Source of the DNA: Myxococcales bacterium
GTDB lineage: Bacteria; Myxococcota_A; Polyangia; Polyangiales; DASUME01
Assembly: GCA_047601445.1 (NCBI GenBank)
Contig: JASGJH010000001.1
Span: forward strand, 4,000,001 to 4,064,000
Direction: 5' to 3'
DNA length: 64,000 nucleotides
Part shown: positions 50,330 to 60,584 of the stretch, in pieces
Numbering within the stretch: the stretch's first letter is position 1
Layout of the letters: every line of letters begins with the position of its first letter
The notes under the pieces: generated by a model
What the model was told of the DNA's origin: nothing
Database searches by the model: none
What the model saw: only the letters and a program-made list of their open reading frames with translations
Program-made: the position numbers and the translations under genes

Positions 50330-50818
50330 CTAGGCCACCCTGGCGCCAGTACTGCCCTGAGCGAGCTTCATGTACCTCTCCACGGTCTCGGCCCTGAGAT
50401 CGCCCACGCCGGTCGCATCGAGCGAACGGAACCAGGAGAGCGCACTCTCGAGGTCCGCGAAGACCCGCTGGGGGCGCTTGATCTTGGAGAAGATCACGAA
50501 CGCGGTCATGAACGCGCGCAGGATGGTGACGCCGATGCCTTCTCCGGTGATCACCATCGCGCTCGCGACGAGCTCGCCTTCCACCCCACGCAGGATCGCG
50601 GCGGCCTTGACCTTGACCTCGTCCGGCACCTTGTCGGTCACCGTGGATCCAGACATGTGCGTGAGGGTCAGCACGCGCCCGTGCTCCTTGGCGACCTTCT
50701 TGAGTGCCGCCTCGGTCGCTTTGAGCGATTCCATGTCGCTCACCTGCGAGAAGTAGCTGAACACCATGTAGCCCGAGCGTGCGAGATGAAGCCTCGGCGT
50801 CTTGTAAAGCGTTTCCAT
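50330..50818 (-). CDS. Myxobacterial STAS/SEC14-like hypothetical protein
   Basis: ASAMVITGEG..LRAFMT..PQRVFADLESALSW pattern. Confidence 0.65.
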   Translation of the reverse strand: METLYKTPRLHLARSGYMVFSYFSQVSDMESLKATEAALKKVAKEHGRVLTLTHMSGSTVTDKVPDEVKVKAAAILRGVEGELVASAMVITGEGIGVTILRAFMTAFVIFSKIKRPQRVFADLESALSWFRSLDATGVGDLRAETVERYMKLAQGSTGARVA

Positions 50819-51023
50819 CGTCCCCTGCGAGCGCTCGTCACGACGAGGCTCACCCCTCCAAAGATGGGACCATGGGCGCTCCGTGAACGCAACCGTTTTG
50901 CTTCCCAAAACAGCCAGTTAGAGCCCAGCAAGCGCGCCCGCCAACGATGCGTCGGAACCCGCAACGACGCTTGCTCCAGCGCGGCCTTCGGAGGCGTTCG
51001 TCGCTCGTCGGTGAGCGTCCCTC

Positions 51024-51554
51024 TCAGCCGAGCGTCTTCGCCAGATAGATGGCGCTCTCGCCGGGCATGTACGAGCCGTAGTAGCGAGCATCGGCGCCGC
51101 AGAGCGAGTAGCCCAGACGTTCGTAGGCCCGCACGCCGGGCGCGTTCACGTTCGACGTCTCGAGCCACAGGTGCGACGCACCCAGCGAGCGACCGTGGGC
51201 CTCGGCATGCTCGAGCAAGGCACGCCCCAACCCCTGTCGACGAGAGTCGCGGTCGATGTAGAGAAACCACAGGATCAAGCGTTCGTGCCAGGCCTCGTGC
51301 TGGACCGCCGCGAAGCCGCGCACGCCGTCGTTCGTCTCCGCGACCCAGCCCCGTTCCCAACGGGCCCAGGGCGCGAAGACCTCGTCGATGGCATAGCGCT
51401 TGGTCATCGGGCGCTCGAGCCCACGCTCGGCGAGCTCGAGCCCGCGCGGTCGCACGACCAACTCGAAGATGCTGTCGGTCTCGAAGCCGGTGTCCAGCGC
51501 CTCGATGGCGCGACGATCTCGAGCTCGGTTCAACTCACGAACATGGAAAGCCAT
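51024..51554 (-). CDS. Streptothricin/nourseothricin acetyltransferase-like GNAT
   Basis: AIEALDTGFETDSIF, RRQGLGRALL, HLWLETSNVNAPGVRAYERLGYSLCG..GESAIYL closely parallel Nat1/Sta motifs as I recall them. Confidence 0.8.
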   Translation of the reverse strand: MAFHVRELNRARDRRAIEALDTGFETDSIFELVVRPRGLELAERGLERPMTKRYAIDEVFAPWARWERGWVAETNDGVRGFAAVQHEAWHERLILWFLYIDRDSRRQGLGRALLEHAEAHGRSLGASHLWLETSNVNAPGVRAYERLGYSLCGADARYYGSYMPGESAIYLAKTLG

Positions 51555-51569
51555 CGCGCGATCATAGCG

Positions 51570-52127
51570 TCACTTCGGGTTCACCCGCTTGAACTTGGTG
51601 CCCTTCATGGTGACGCCCCCCATCAGGCCCTTGTCATCGAACGCGAAGCCCGCGATCTGTCCCTTGTCCTTCAGCGTGCTGGCCGTTGCATCCGCATTCT
51701 TGTCGATCATGGTGACGCCAGCCTCGGCTGAGACCGCGAACTCGCCATCCTTCTTGAACTTGTTCACGGCATCGTCCGTGAAGAACACGAACACGAAATC
51801 GCCCTGTTCGTAGCCCGCTTGCAGGCCCACGGAGCCCCCGCGCATCTTGTAGTAAGCGACGTTTTGGCCGCCGACGCGCAGCGCTCCTTCGCCCCACTCA
51901 CCGCCACCCACGAGACCGACCCTCTTTACGTCCGGCACCACGAGCACGGCCTTGGCCTCGCGCATGAGCTCGGGCGCATCGTCCACCGCCTTGTTGAAGC
52001 GCTTCAGCGTGGTCTGCACTTCTTTGTCGACTTCCTGCTTGCTCTCGTCGGCCTGGCCCCCCGCCGGAGAAAGCAACAGCCACCCGGCCAAAAGCCCTGC
52101 AGCCGCTCTCGTGATGCGTGCACTCAT
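51570..52127 (-). CDS. Secreted YSC84/SYLF lipid-binding domain protein
   Basis: Signal peptide; AKAVLVVPDV..GGEWGEG, GGSVGLQAG, GLMGGVTMKGTK. Confidence 0.88.
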   Translation of the reverse strand: MSARITRAAAGLLAGWLLLSPAGGQADESKQEVDKEVQTTLKRFNKAVDDAPELMREAKAVLVVPDVKRVGLVGGGEWGEGALRVGGQNVAYYKMRGGSVGLQAGYEQGDFVFVFFTDDAVNKFKKDGEFAVSAEAGVTMIDKNADATASTLKDKGQIAGFAFDDKGLMGGVTMKGTKFKRVNPK

Positions 52128-52267
52128 GTTCCACCTCGCATGGCAAACGTCCTCTACCCTTGCAGTGATCACGCGCGCCCGAACGGAAAGACGTTCGCCC
52201 AAGTACACGCTGTCTACCGGACAAAGCGTTTCGGGCTCGCGAACCATGAGCCGGGGCGATCAGGACG

Positions 52268-52765
52268 TCACTGCTCCGTGGCTGCCAGCACCTCCAACAC
52301 CTCGCGGCTACTGCGGTGCGACGCCACGGCGATCTGGGCGGGGCTGGCTGCGGGCGTAACCTCCTGAAGCCCTGCCTTCTGCAGGCGCGCGACGAGGCGT
52401 GTGGGCTCCTCGTCGAACACCGGCGCCAGCTCCACGAGCGGAGCGTTCTCGATGCGCACGCGCAACGCGTCGAGGCCACCGCGCTCGACGCCCATGAAGG
52501 ACGCGAGGAGGAAGCCCGCCGCGAGCAGCCCCGCCACCCACAATGAAGCCTGCAGCGAGAAGCCTCGGCGCGCGTAGGCGAGCAGTGCACGCCCATTGCG
52601 GAGCGCATGCAGGCTGGCCGCCACCACCATCAGCAACCCGGCCCACTCGTGCAGGGACTCGAGCTCGCGCTGGGCCACGTGCAGGAACATGAGTACGCCC
52701 GTGCTTCCCACCACGAGAAAGCTCGCCGCGGATGCGGGCGTCGAGAGCTGAAAAATCCTCTTCAT
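52268..52765 (-). CDS. DUF4405 domain membrane protein
   Basis: STP..SFLVVGSTGVLMFLH..LHEWAG..LHALRN heme-ligand-like His pattern. Confidence 0.8.
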   Translation of the reverse strand: MKRIFQLSTPASAASFLVVGSTGVLMFLHVAQRELESLHEWAGLLMVVAASLHALRNGRALLAYARRGFSLQASLWVAGLLAAGFLLASFMGVERGGLDALRVRIENAPLVELAPVFDEEPTRLVARLQKAGLQEVTPAASPAQIAVASHRSSREVLEVLAATEQ

Positions 52766-52778
52766 GCCGCCTTCCATT

Positions 52779-52819
52779 TAGTTCGCATCACAAATCATAA
52801 TGGTTTGCATTACGAACTA
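52779..52819. promoter_or_regulatory. Imperfect inverted repeat (candidate MarR operators) in divergent promoter
   Basis: TAGTTCGCATCACAAATCA-TAA-TGGTTTGCATTACGAACTA, AT-rich. Confidence 0.6.
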
Positions 52820-52841
52820 CGTCAAGATAGCCTGACCGCCG

Positions 52842-53291
52842 ATGAAGCGGGCATCGACGAAGGGACCAGGGCACTCCAGGCAGGACGCGCTGGTGGATGG
52901 GCTGGCGCAAGCTGCTTTCGCGACCATGGCGGTGCTGCAGAAAGTGAGCGCCGAGAACGAGCTGTCGCTCACGCAGCTTCGGGTGCTCGGGATCCTGCGC
53001 GATCGCAGGCCTCGCATGGCCGCGCTGGCGGACTATCTCGGACTCGAGAAGTCGACCCTGAGCGGCCTGATCGACCGCGCCGAAAAGCGCGGCCTGGTGG
53101 CGCGCGCGGCGAGCCCGGACGATGGTCGCGCGGTGGATGTGTTCCTGACGCGTCGGGGCACCGAGCTCGCGGAGCGCCTCACCGCGCAGGTGCGGGAAGC
53201 ACTCGCGCCGCTCACGCAGCGGCTCGAGGCGAGCGAGCAGCGAGAGATGCAGCGCCTGCTCGGGCGCATGCTGGAGAGCTCCGAGGGCTGA
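52842..53291 (+). CDS. MarR family transcriptional regulator
   Basis: LSLTQLRVL..LADYLGLEKSTLSGLIDRAEKRGLV..DGRAVDVFLT. Confidence 0.93.
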   Translation: MKRASTKGPGHSRQDALVDGLAQAAFATMAVLQKVSAENELSLTQLRVLGILRDRRPRMAALADYLGLEKSTLSGLIDRAEKRGLVARAASPDDGRAVDVFLTRRGTELAERLTAQVREALAPLTQRLEASEQREMQRLLGRMLESSEG

Positions 53292-53334
53292 GGGGAGCGC
53301 CCTCCTCCAGTACTACGCTCGCATTTGCGTGGCG

Positions 53335-55119
53335 TTAGTCGAGAGTGGCTGGCGTGACGAGGGTACTTCCCGGCTGGGGCGGAGCCACGAGGTGGTACCG
53401 ATGATCGTGGAAAAGCAGGAAGCGATAGCTCGCGTCCTCGAGGGCACGGGCGAACCGAAACTCGGCCTCGCGCACGGCGCCGTCAGGCGTGACCGCGCGC
53501 ACCGTGACCTGGAGCTCGCGTAGCTCGACGCGCAGGCCGGGGACGAGCGGCCGCTCGGAGCGCGAGCCGCGGTCGAGGCGTTGCATCACAAACACGGGCG
53601 ACAGGATCGGCGCATCGAGCGCGTGCCCTGGCCATGTGCCAGGCAGCTGAAGAAAGCCCGTCGTGGCACGAACCGAGAGCGTGCGCGAATCCAGGCGGCG
53701 ATACGTGAGCGACGTGCATCCGGAGGCGAGCGTGTGCACCAAGCGCGGCAGGGGCCCAGCGTCCAGCCGTCGCATGGGGAGAAGCTGGGCGGGCAGGAAA
53801 CTGCTGGGCGGATTGAAGAAGAAGAGTGTTCGTCCGGCAACCTCGCCCCGCGCTAGATCCTCGGTGAAGGCGTCGTGGGTGAGGGCTCGATACTGGAAGA
53901 GCGAGGCCGCATAGGCGGGGAAGAGCACGAGCGAGACCGCGAGCTTGGCTCGCAGGCCCCAGCGCCAGAGGCGGGCCCTACGGGCTCCGGCACGCAAGCC
54001 GGCATCGAACACGAGAGCGATGCAAGCGCACGCGCCCACGTTGGCGACGATGAGCAGGCGGTCATGGGGCACCGTCGAGCAGACGGGAAACAGCGCGAGG
54101 AGGCCGGCGAGGAGGCCGAAGCGCGCGCGGGCGTCATGGCGGAGGACTCGCACGGTGGGCGCCGCGAGACACGTGGCGAGGAGTGCGGCGAGGATGGCGA
54201 AGGCCCAGCGGGCCCGGTTCGAAAGCATGATGGTCATGCTGGTGACGGGTAATCCCCACTGGCCAAACCACAGGATGGGAAAGTTGGTGACGAGTGTGCG
54301 CGCGAAGGTGAGCGGGCTTTCGCGGGCGTCCACGTAGAGCATGGAGCGCGCCGTGCCTAGCCCGAGCCCCTGGTAGAGCGCGAGCCAGAGCAGGCAGATC
54401 ACGCACGCCGGCAGCAACGCGAGGAGCCGCGAGCGCAGACGGGTGGTGTCGAGGCACAACGTGTAGGCCACCAGGAGCGCCATCGACGAGAGACCGATTT
54501 CGCCGGACGCGAGACTCAGGAGCAGCGCCACGCAGGCGAGCAGCTGCAGGGGCAGCGAGTGCTCACGACAGCCACGGTCGTGGGCCAGGAGCGAACACAC
54601 ACCGAACAAGGCAGCCAGGCATGCGTTGCGGTTGGAGATCCAGCTCGCGGCGAAGGCGTGACCAGGCGCGAACACGTAGAGCACGAAGGCGATGCCGAGC
54701 GCGCGTGGTGATGCCTTGAGGAGCCGTGCGTACCAGGCGCCCACGGCCAAGTTGAGCGCGAACAGCACGAGCACGCTTTCCAGGTGCATCAGCCAGGGCG
54801 CGTCGCGCAACAGCCAAAAATCCAGCAAATGAGTCAGCGCCGTGAGCGGACGCAGGAAATGGATCTTGAAGGCGTCCTCGGTCCACCAGGGCCACATGCC
54901 GTCTGTGCGCAGTTCCGGCGCCTGGCCGGCCTTGGCCCACGCGAAGGCGTCGAGCAGCCCTTGCCAGCGTGGCTCTCCGGCGGCGCCGATGACCCGGCTG
55001 CCGATCACGTGGTCATCCAACACCCAACCGCTGAAAAGGGCGGGCGCACAAAGCAGGCAGGCCGCCGCCGCCAGCCAGGCGCGACGCTGGGGATGAGCCA
55101 AGCTGAGCAAGAAGCGCAT
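53335..55119 (-). CDS. Multi-TM protein, GT-C-fold glycosyltransferase-like
   Basis: WVLDDH acidic pair after TM1, FLRPL, SWISNR, SGE, DRL; many hydrophobic segments. Confidence 0.6.
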   Translation of the reverse strand: MRFLLSLAHPQRRAWLAAAACLLCAPALFSGWVLDDHVIGSRVIGAAGEPRWQGLLDAFAWAKAGQAPELRTDGMWPWWTEDAFKIHFLRPLTALTHLLDFWLLRDAPWLMHLESVLVLFALNLAVGAWYARLLKASPRALGIAFVLYVFAPGHAFAASWISNRNACLAALFGVCSLLAHDRGCREHSLPLQLLACVALLLSLASGEIGLSSMALLVAYTLCLDTTRLRSRLLALLPACVICLLWLALYQGLGLGTARSMLYVDARESPLTFARTLVTNFPILWFGQWGLPVTSMTIMLSNRARWAFAILAALLATCLAAPTVRVLRHDARARFGLLAGLLALFPVCSTVPHDRLLIVANVGACACIALVFDAGLRAGARRARLWRWGLRAKLAVSLVLFPAYAASLFQYRALTHDAFTEDLARGEVAGRTLFFFNPPSSFLPAQLLPMRRLDAGPLPRLVHTLASGCTSLTYRRLDSRTLSVRATTGFLQLPGTWPGHALDAPILSPVFVMQRLDRGSRSERPLVPGLRVELRELQVTVRAVTPDGAVREAEFRFARALEDASYRFLLFHDHRYHLVAPPQPGSTLVTPATLD

Positions 55120-55167
55120 GCCTGGGTCTTAGGCGGGACACCTGGCGACGAGCAGGATTAAAACCGG

Positions 55168-56172
55168 TCACTCATCCCGCGTAGCTGGGGACGCGCGCTT
55201 GCGTCGCAGCGCATTGCGCAGCGCTCCCGCATTGGCGAAGCCCAGGAGTCGGGCTCGTTCACGCAGCGAGAAGGCGCGCGCACCAGCCACCTCTACCACC
55301 CCGTCCAGCAGGGCCGATTCCCGCTCCCGCGCCCGCTCCACCACGCCGCGGAACGAGTCCCCGAATTCGGCAAGACGCCTGCGCAGGGTGCGCTCGCTGA
55401 TGCCGAGAGCTTGGGCCACCGACTTGGCGGCGGCCCCCTGAGCGAGCCGCTCGACCACGCGATCCTCCACGGACACACTCGCTTCGCGCAGCGCGCGCAC
55501 CTGCTCGCGAGCGGTATCGAGCAATTGCTGGAAGCGCTCCGGCGCGGCCGAGGGCAGCGGCTCTTCCCATAGCGACCTGGGGAGCTCCAGCCCGAACTCG
55601 GCTTGCCCGAAGTGGAGCGCGCCAGTCCCCAACATCTCCCGGTGCATCGCCGTGGAACGCGGACGCGGATAGGAGAAGAACGCCGCCGTGGGCTCGAGCG
55701 CCGGACGCTGCAAGACCCCGCGCCAGCTTTTCACCTGCATGGCGGCACGGAAGTCCTCTTCGGCGCGGTCCACACGGCGCATGCCTCCTCGCCCGTACCA
55801 CACGCGGACGCTGGTGGCGTCGAGCTCGAGGCGCTGCGGCATGCAGTCGAGCAAGAGCGCTCCCAGCTCGGAATAGTGCGCATGAATGGCAGCCAAGTTG
55901 GGCGCCGCGCAGTAGAGCGTCCACAGCGACCCGACGCCGTCGGCGGGCACGCCCACGGCCAGGCGAAAGCCGTGATCTTCGCTGCCCGTCATGCGTCGCC
56001 CCACGGCCCACACCAGCTGCCGCGCGTCCGGGCTCATCGCGGTGAGCGGATAGCGCTCGGCCCAGCGAGGGATCGGCGCGAGCTCCGCGGCCGCACGCAG
56101 CAGGTGCGGTATCAAGGCGCGCGCCGGCTCCGGTGGTTCGACGGCTGCGCCGAGCAAGCCATGGAGCGTCAT
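55168..56172 (-). CDS. AraC family regulator (OruR-like N-terminal domain)
   Basis: VAQALGISERTLRRRLAEFGDSF..LLGFANAGALRNALRR; FSYPRP, FGQ. Confidence 0.82.
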   Translation of the reverse strand: MTLHGLLGAAVEPPEPARALIPHLLRAAAELAPIPRWAERYPLTAMSPDARQLVWAVGRRMTGSEDHGFRLAVGVPADGVGSLWTLYCAAPNLAAIHAHYSELGALLLDCMPQRLELDATSVRVWYGRGGMRRVDRAEEDFRAAMQVKSWRGVLQRPALEPTAAFFSYPRPRSTAMHREMLGTGALHFGQAEFGLELPRSLWEEPLPSAAPERFQQLLDTAREQVRALREASVSVEDRVVERLAQGAAAKSVAQALGISERTLRRRLAEFGDSFRGVVERARERESALLDGVVEVAGARAFSLRERARLLGFANAGALRNALRRKRASPATRDE

Positions 56173-56225
56173 GGGCCTTGTCTTGGCACATCTGGCAGCC
56201 GGGAGCCCGAAAGACCGCGAAGCGC

Positions 56226-57803
56226 TCAGTGGCTCAGCTTCGTCAGGACCAGCTCCTGCGTCAGTGAGGTCTCGTCGATGCGCTCGAAGCTGAGCACCAC
56301 GGGGTGATTTTGCGCGTCCACGCCCAGGCCGGCTTCGATCGACTCCAGGCGGTCGGGCGCGAACGAGTCGATACGAATGAGCTGGCCCTTGGTGTCGAAG
56401 CTGCCCGTCACGAGATGTCGCTTGCCGTCGCCGCCCGGAAAGGTCTTGCCACCATATTCGAGTGGGTCCTGGTGATCGGCCAAGAAGTACACGCGTCCAT
56501 TCGGGGCGGCGCGCACGTAGTTCGGGTCGACGCTCGCGGTGCCGGGCGCGACCGCACGCCATGCGAGCTCTCCCTGCGTGGTCCGATCTTCGATGGTGAG
56601 CGTGCCGCTGCTGTCGGGTGAGTCGTAGGCCACGACGAAATGGCCAGGGCGTCCGCGGATGATCACCGAAGAATTCTCGTTCACACCGGCGAGGCCTTGG
56701 CTGAGCATACGGTCCCAGCGATAGGCGCCCTGGCCGTCGAGCAACACCAGGTTCTCGCCCTGGGTGCCGTCGGCGTCAGCCGTCTTGCCACCGACGCCGT
56801 AGGCCTTGAAGACTTCGCCTTCGAGGGCGAACTCACCGGTCGCGCTGGTGGCGACACGCCGTGCGCTCTCGAGCTCCGGCACCTCCTCGGAGGCGAGCAG
56901 ACGGCCCGAGGTGTCGTAGCGCATCACGTACGACGCAGGTGCGATAGGCCAGAAGCTGTCCTTGTCGCGCTTCACGCCGGTCATGATCACCTGGCCGTTG
57001 GGCGCGACGGCGACGGCTCCGAGCTCGCCGATCTCGTCGCGATAGTCCGCCCCCACGTAGGTCCGCCAGAGGTCCCGGCCGTCGGCGCTCAGGCGCTGCA
57101 GGTAGTGCCACGACTCATCCACGAACCAGTCGGCCGTGTAGATGTCTGGGCGCTGGGAGACGAGCAGCGTGACCTCGTCGGAGTCGAACTGCTGGGCCAC
57201 GGCCGCACCCGGGTAGCCAGAGGACGTGAGAGCGCGACTCCACAGCACCTTGCACTGGCTGTCGAGCTTGACGACGAAGGCCATGAACTGATCGTTGCTC
57301 TGGCTGGTCATGGATCCGCCATCCCAGCTCAGCGTGCCGCGGAAAGTGCCGGTGACCACTGTGTTGCCGTGCGCGTCGTTGCTGACGGCCTGGTTGCCGT
57401 GCCCGAAGAACCAACCCGACGCCCCGGCGGCATCGGAGCGAAAGTGCTGCGTGCACAGCACGGTCGGCGCTGCACTGGAGGGAGCATCGTCGCCACCAGC
57501 ATCCGATTCGCCCTGGTCACCCGCGTCCGCATTCGAGTCCCCAGCGCGCGGTGCGCCAGCGTCCGCGCGATCGCCATGGCCCCCGCAGTCGCCTAGCTCG
57601 AACTCCCCGACGCCCCGGCATGGGGAGCCATCGGCCCCCTCGGCCTCGGCGTCGTCGGGCAGCTCGGAGTCTGAGTCGTGATCGCCCGTGACGGGCGCGG
57701 TCCCCTCGTTCACGGCGAGGTCCGGCGTGCAGGCTGAGCTCACCAAGGTGAAGCCGAGAGCGAGCCGCGCGCCATGGCGGCATGTACGGGGGGAGCGAGT
57801 CAT
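56226..57803 (-). CDS. Lipoprotein with SBBP-like beta-propeller repeats
   Basis: VSSAC lipobox; DAHGNTVVTGTFRG, AFVVKLDSQCKVLW repeats. Confidence 0.78.
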   Translation of the reverse strand: MTRSPRTCRHGARLALGFTLVSSACTPDLAVNEGTAPVTGDHDSDSELPDDAEAEGADGSPCRGVGEFELGDCGGHGDRADAGAPRAGDSNADAGDQGESDAGGDDAPSSAAPTVLCTQHFRSDAAGASGWFFGHGNQAVSNDAHGNTVVTGTFRGTLSWDGGSMTSQSNDQFMAFVVKLDSQCKVLWSRALTSSGYPGAAVAQQFDSDEVTLLVSQRPDIYTADWFVDESWHYLQRLSADGRDLWRTYVGADYRDEIGELGAVAVAPNGQVIMTGVKRDKDSFWPIAPASYVMRYDTSGRLLASEEVPELESARRVATSATGEFALEGEVFKAYGVGGKTADADGTQGENLVLLDGQGAYRWDRMLSQGLAGVNENSSVIIRGRPGHFVVAYDSPDSSGTLTIEDRTTQGELAWRAVAPGTASVDPNYVRAAPNGRVYFLADHQDPLEYGGKTFPGGDGKRHLVTGSFDTKGQLIRIDSFAPDRLESIEAGLGVDAQNHPVVLSFERIDETSLTQELVLTKLSH

Positions 57804-58108
57804 GGTCGTTCTCAAGCCAAGAGAGTCGAGCGAGTCGAGTCTCTTCGTAATACGGGCTGCGCCCGCAAGGGAGCGAGCGCACGAGCGCGTTCACTGATCA
57901 CTATGAAAACGCGAGCGGCGCCGGGTGAGCCGGGCGGTGTTGACCTGGTCACAATTCGACCAAAATCGACATCGTGGCAGGCCATCTCGCAGGTCTTTGG
58001 CGACGCCGAGTCGGGTGGCCCCGCCCTGACAACGCTGCCCGCCAAGTGTGGTCGCATGTGTCATTTAAGATGGTCCGAGTATCAGTCGGATAACTGCCAT
58101 GGTACGCC

Positions 58109-58687
58109 ATGCCCTTCACTTCCAATATTCCGTCGATTCGCTCCGCCGCTCTTGTAAAGCTCCTGACAACCGGCCTGGTCGCCTGCCTGGTCTTGCTCGG
58201 CGCCGGTTCTGGTTGTGGTGATGACCCTGTCGCCCCCGGCAGCTCCGTGTCGACCCCTGGTGATGGGGATGGCGACGGTGACGGTGATGGAGACGGCGAT
58301 GGGGACGGTGATGGAGACGGCGACGGTGATGGAGACGGCGACGGCGACGGCGATGGCGACACCACCGTTGGCGATGGCGACGGCGACACGACCGTTGGCG
58401 ACGGCGATGGTGATGGCGATGGCGACACCACCGGCAGTTCCAGCAAGCCGCCCAAGGCGGACGCGGGCACGGGCGGCCTGGACCTCGGCAGCCTCTTCCC
58501 CTCGAGCCCGACGCCCGACGCAGGCACGCCCGCGCCCTCGGGTCCGAAAGACCCCAGCGCCCCCTGCAAGGACCTGAAGCTGCTCTGCTTCGATCCTTTC
58601 GACATGTTCCTCTTCAACCCGAGCGACTGCTTCACCTGCAACGGTGGCAAGGGTTGCATGGGTTGCGCCTTCCCCTTCGCTTACTGA
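58109..58687 (+). CDS. Lipoprotein with (GD)n linker and short C-terminal Cys-rich module
   Basis: GSGC lipobox; long GD run; [27 protein letters not shown]. Confidence 0.8.
   Translation: MPFTSNIPSIRSAALVKLLTTGLVACLVLLGAGSGCGDDPVAPGSSVSTPGDGDGDGDGDGDGDGDGDGDGDGDGDGDGDGDGDTTVGDGDGDTTVGDGDGDGDGDTTGSSSKPPKADAGTGGLDLGSLFPSSPTPDAGTPAPSGPKDPSAPCKDLKLLCFDPFDMFLFNPSDCFTCNGGKGCMGCAFPFAY
58259..58430. repeat. Low-complexity GGNGAY (Gly-Asp) repeat with TTVGDGDGD units
   Basis: Direct reading of the sequence. Confidence 0.9.
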
Positions 58688-58848
58688 GCCGTCCGAGCGC
58701 GTTCGTTCGCGCTGACGCTGTAGCGCCGCCTGTCGCGTTGAAGGTGTAACCGCACCTGTCGCACTGGCGGCGGCCAAGTATCGACCGCCCACGGCCACCA
58801 CGATGTTCTCTGTGGTCAGGGCCCACGGGACCGCGGCATGAAGCGTTC

Positions 58849-60561
58849 ATGACGCAGGATCCTAACGACTTACTTGGTCGACGATTGCTAGGGCAGCGAA
58901 TCCTCGGCGCGGCGGCTCTTCTCGGTCTTCGAAGCATCGGCGGCGGTGCTTTCGCTTCTGCCGTGCTCGCCGGGTGCGGGCCCGATGGCGCCGATCCCTC
59001 CTTGGGCTCAGACGCGGCTGCGGGACCCAGCTTCGCCCCTGGCGCGGACTCCGTCGCCGTACCGCTCACGTACGTCGATGCCGAAACCGTCGTCATCGGC
59101 ACCGGCTACGGCGGAGCAGTCGTCGCCAAGCGCCTGGCTGAAAAAGGCGCCTCGGTGCTCATGCTCGAGATGGGGCGTCTTTGGAACCAGCCCGGGCCCG
59201 ACGGCAAGGTGTTCTGCAGCGTGAATGGTCCGGACGGTCGCGCCATGTGGTTCCGCGACAAGCTCGTGCTCGGCGGTTTGATGCCCCTCGACATCAACGT
59301 CCCCGTGTCCCGCCAGGCCGGCATTCTCGATGTCGTGCAGTCGCCCAACATGAACGTGTACTGCGGCCGCGGGGTGGGCGGCGGGTCGCTCGTGAACATG
59401 GCGATGCTGGTGACGCCGCCGCGGGACGTGCTCGAGCGCGCGATGCCCAGGGTGAACGCCGCCGCGATGCTGTCGACCTACTATCCGCGCGCGCTCAACA
59501 TCCTGCGTGGCAACACCGTGCGAAAGGCGTTTTGGGACAGCACGCCCTGGTATCAGTACAGCCGCGTGGCCTACGCTGCCTCCAAGGCAGCGGGCTTCAA
59601 GTCCGAATATCTCACCTCGGGCTATGACTACGCGTACATGGAGAAGGAGGCGGCGGGAAAGGCCCCGGCCTCCGCGTTGGCGTCCGAAGCCGGCTTCGGC
59701 AACAACTACGGCAAGCAGAGCGTGGACAAGAACTATCTCGCCGACGCGCTCGCTACGGGCCGCGTCACCATCGAGAGCCTGCACATCGTACGGGAGATCA
59801 ACCGCGAGCCAGACGGCAAGTACGCCGTCTCGGTCAACGTGATCGACGTGGCCGGCAACCTGGTCGAGCGCAAGGAGATCTCGTGCACCCGCCTGTTCTT
59901 GTGCGGCGGCAGCATGGGCACGAGCCAGCTTCTGACGCGTGCGCGCGAGACGGGCACGCTCGAAAACCTCAGCGAGTCCATCGGAACCAAGTGGGGCCCC
60001 AACAGCGACATCTTCACCATGCGCGGCAATCAGCCCTGGAACCCCACGGGCGACAAGATCGCCACCGTGCCTGCTACCGGCTTCCGCACTGTGGACAAAC
60101 AGGGCAAGGCCATCTTCTCGATGGACATCCCTTACCCCATCGGCGTCGAGACCTTTATCAGCTTCAACATCGTGATGACGGAGAACCCCGAGGCCGGAAA
60201 GTTCGTGTACAACCCCATCACCGACACCGCGGATCTAGTTTGGCAAAAGGGCCAAAACGACCCGGCCGTCACGAGCGCTCGCTTCGTCTTCGACAAGCTG
60301 AACGCGACCAACTGGACCAGCTATCACCCGGAGATGTTCCGCGGCAAGGACCTGCTCGATGATACGACCTATCATCCGATCGGCGGCTGCCCGCTCGGCG
60401 AGGCCACCGACGACTACGGCCGAGTCGCAGGCTACGACAACCTCTACATCGCGGATGGATCGCTGATTCCGCAGAGCGTGGTCTCGAACCCAGCGCTGAC
60501 CGTGGCCGCCCTCGCCGAACGCAATATCGAGCGGATCTTGGCCGAGGACTACAAGCTCTAA
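58849..60561 (+). CDS. Cholesterol oxidase (GMC, ChoA-like), exported
   Basis: GTGYGG, MLEMGRLW, GRGVGGGSLVN, GNNYGKQSVDKNYL, YHPIGGC, DGSLIP, NPALT..ALAERNIE; RR..LAGC N-terminus. Confidence 0.9.
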   Translation: MTQDPNDLLGRRLLGQRILGAAALLGLRSIGGGAFASAVLAGCGPDGADPSLGSDAAAGPSFAPGADSVAVPLTYVDAETVVIGTGYGGAVVAKRLAEKGASVLMLEMGRLWNQPGPDGKVFCSVNGPDGRAMWFRDKLVLGGLMPLDINVPVSRQAGILDVVQSPNMNVYCGRGVGGGSLVNMAMLVTPPRDVLERAMPRVNAAAMLSTYYPRALNILRGNTVRKAFWDSTPWYQYSRVAYAASKAAGFKSEYLTSGYDYAYMEKEAAGKAPASALASEAGFGNNYGKQSVDKNYLADALATGRVTIESLHIVREINREPDGKYAVSVNVIDVAGNLVERKEISCTRLFLCGGSMGTSQLLTRARETGTLENLSESIGTKWGPNSDIFTMRGNQPWNPTGDKIATVPATGFRTVDKQGKAIFSMDIPYPIGVETFISFNIVMTENPEAGKFVYNPITDTADLVWQKGQNDPAVTSARFVFDKLNATNWTSYHPEMFRGKDLLDDTTYHPIGGCPLGEATDDYGRVAGYDNLYIADGSLIPQSVVSNPALTVAALAERNIERILAEDYKL

Positions 60562-60584
60562 GCACGCGCTACCATGTGCTCCCG

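Noticed and set aside
57819..57846. Hairpin AAGAGAGTCGA..TCGAGTCTCTT as terminator or RNA element
   Set aside because: Lies just upstream of a start codon in a divergent region with no U-tract; function unsupported
58259..58430. CRISPR array or non-coding tandem repeat
   Set aside because: It is an in-frame Gly-Asp coding linker with no repeat-spacer structure
57949..58659. SP-repeat protein on the minus strand
   Set aside because: Antisense of the GD-repeat lipoprotein, which has the lipobox
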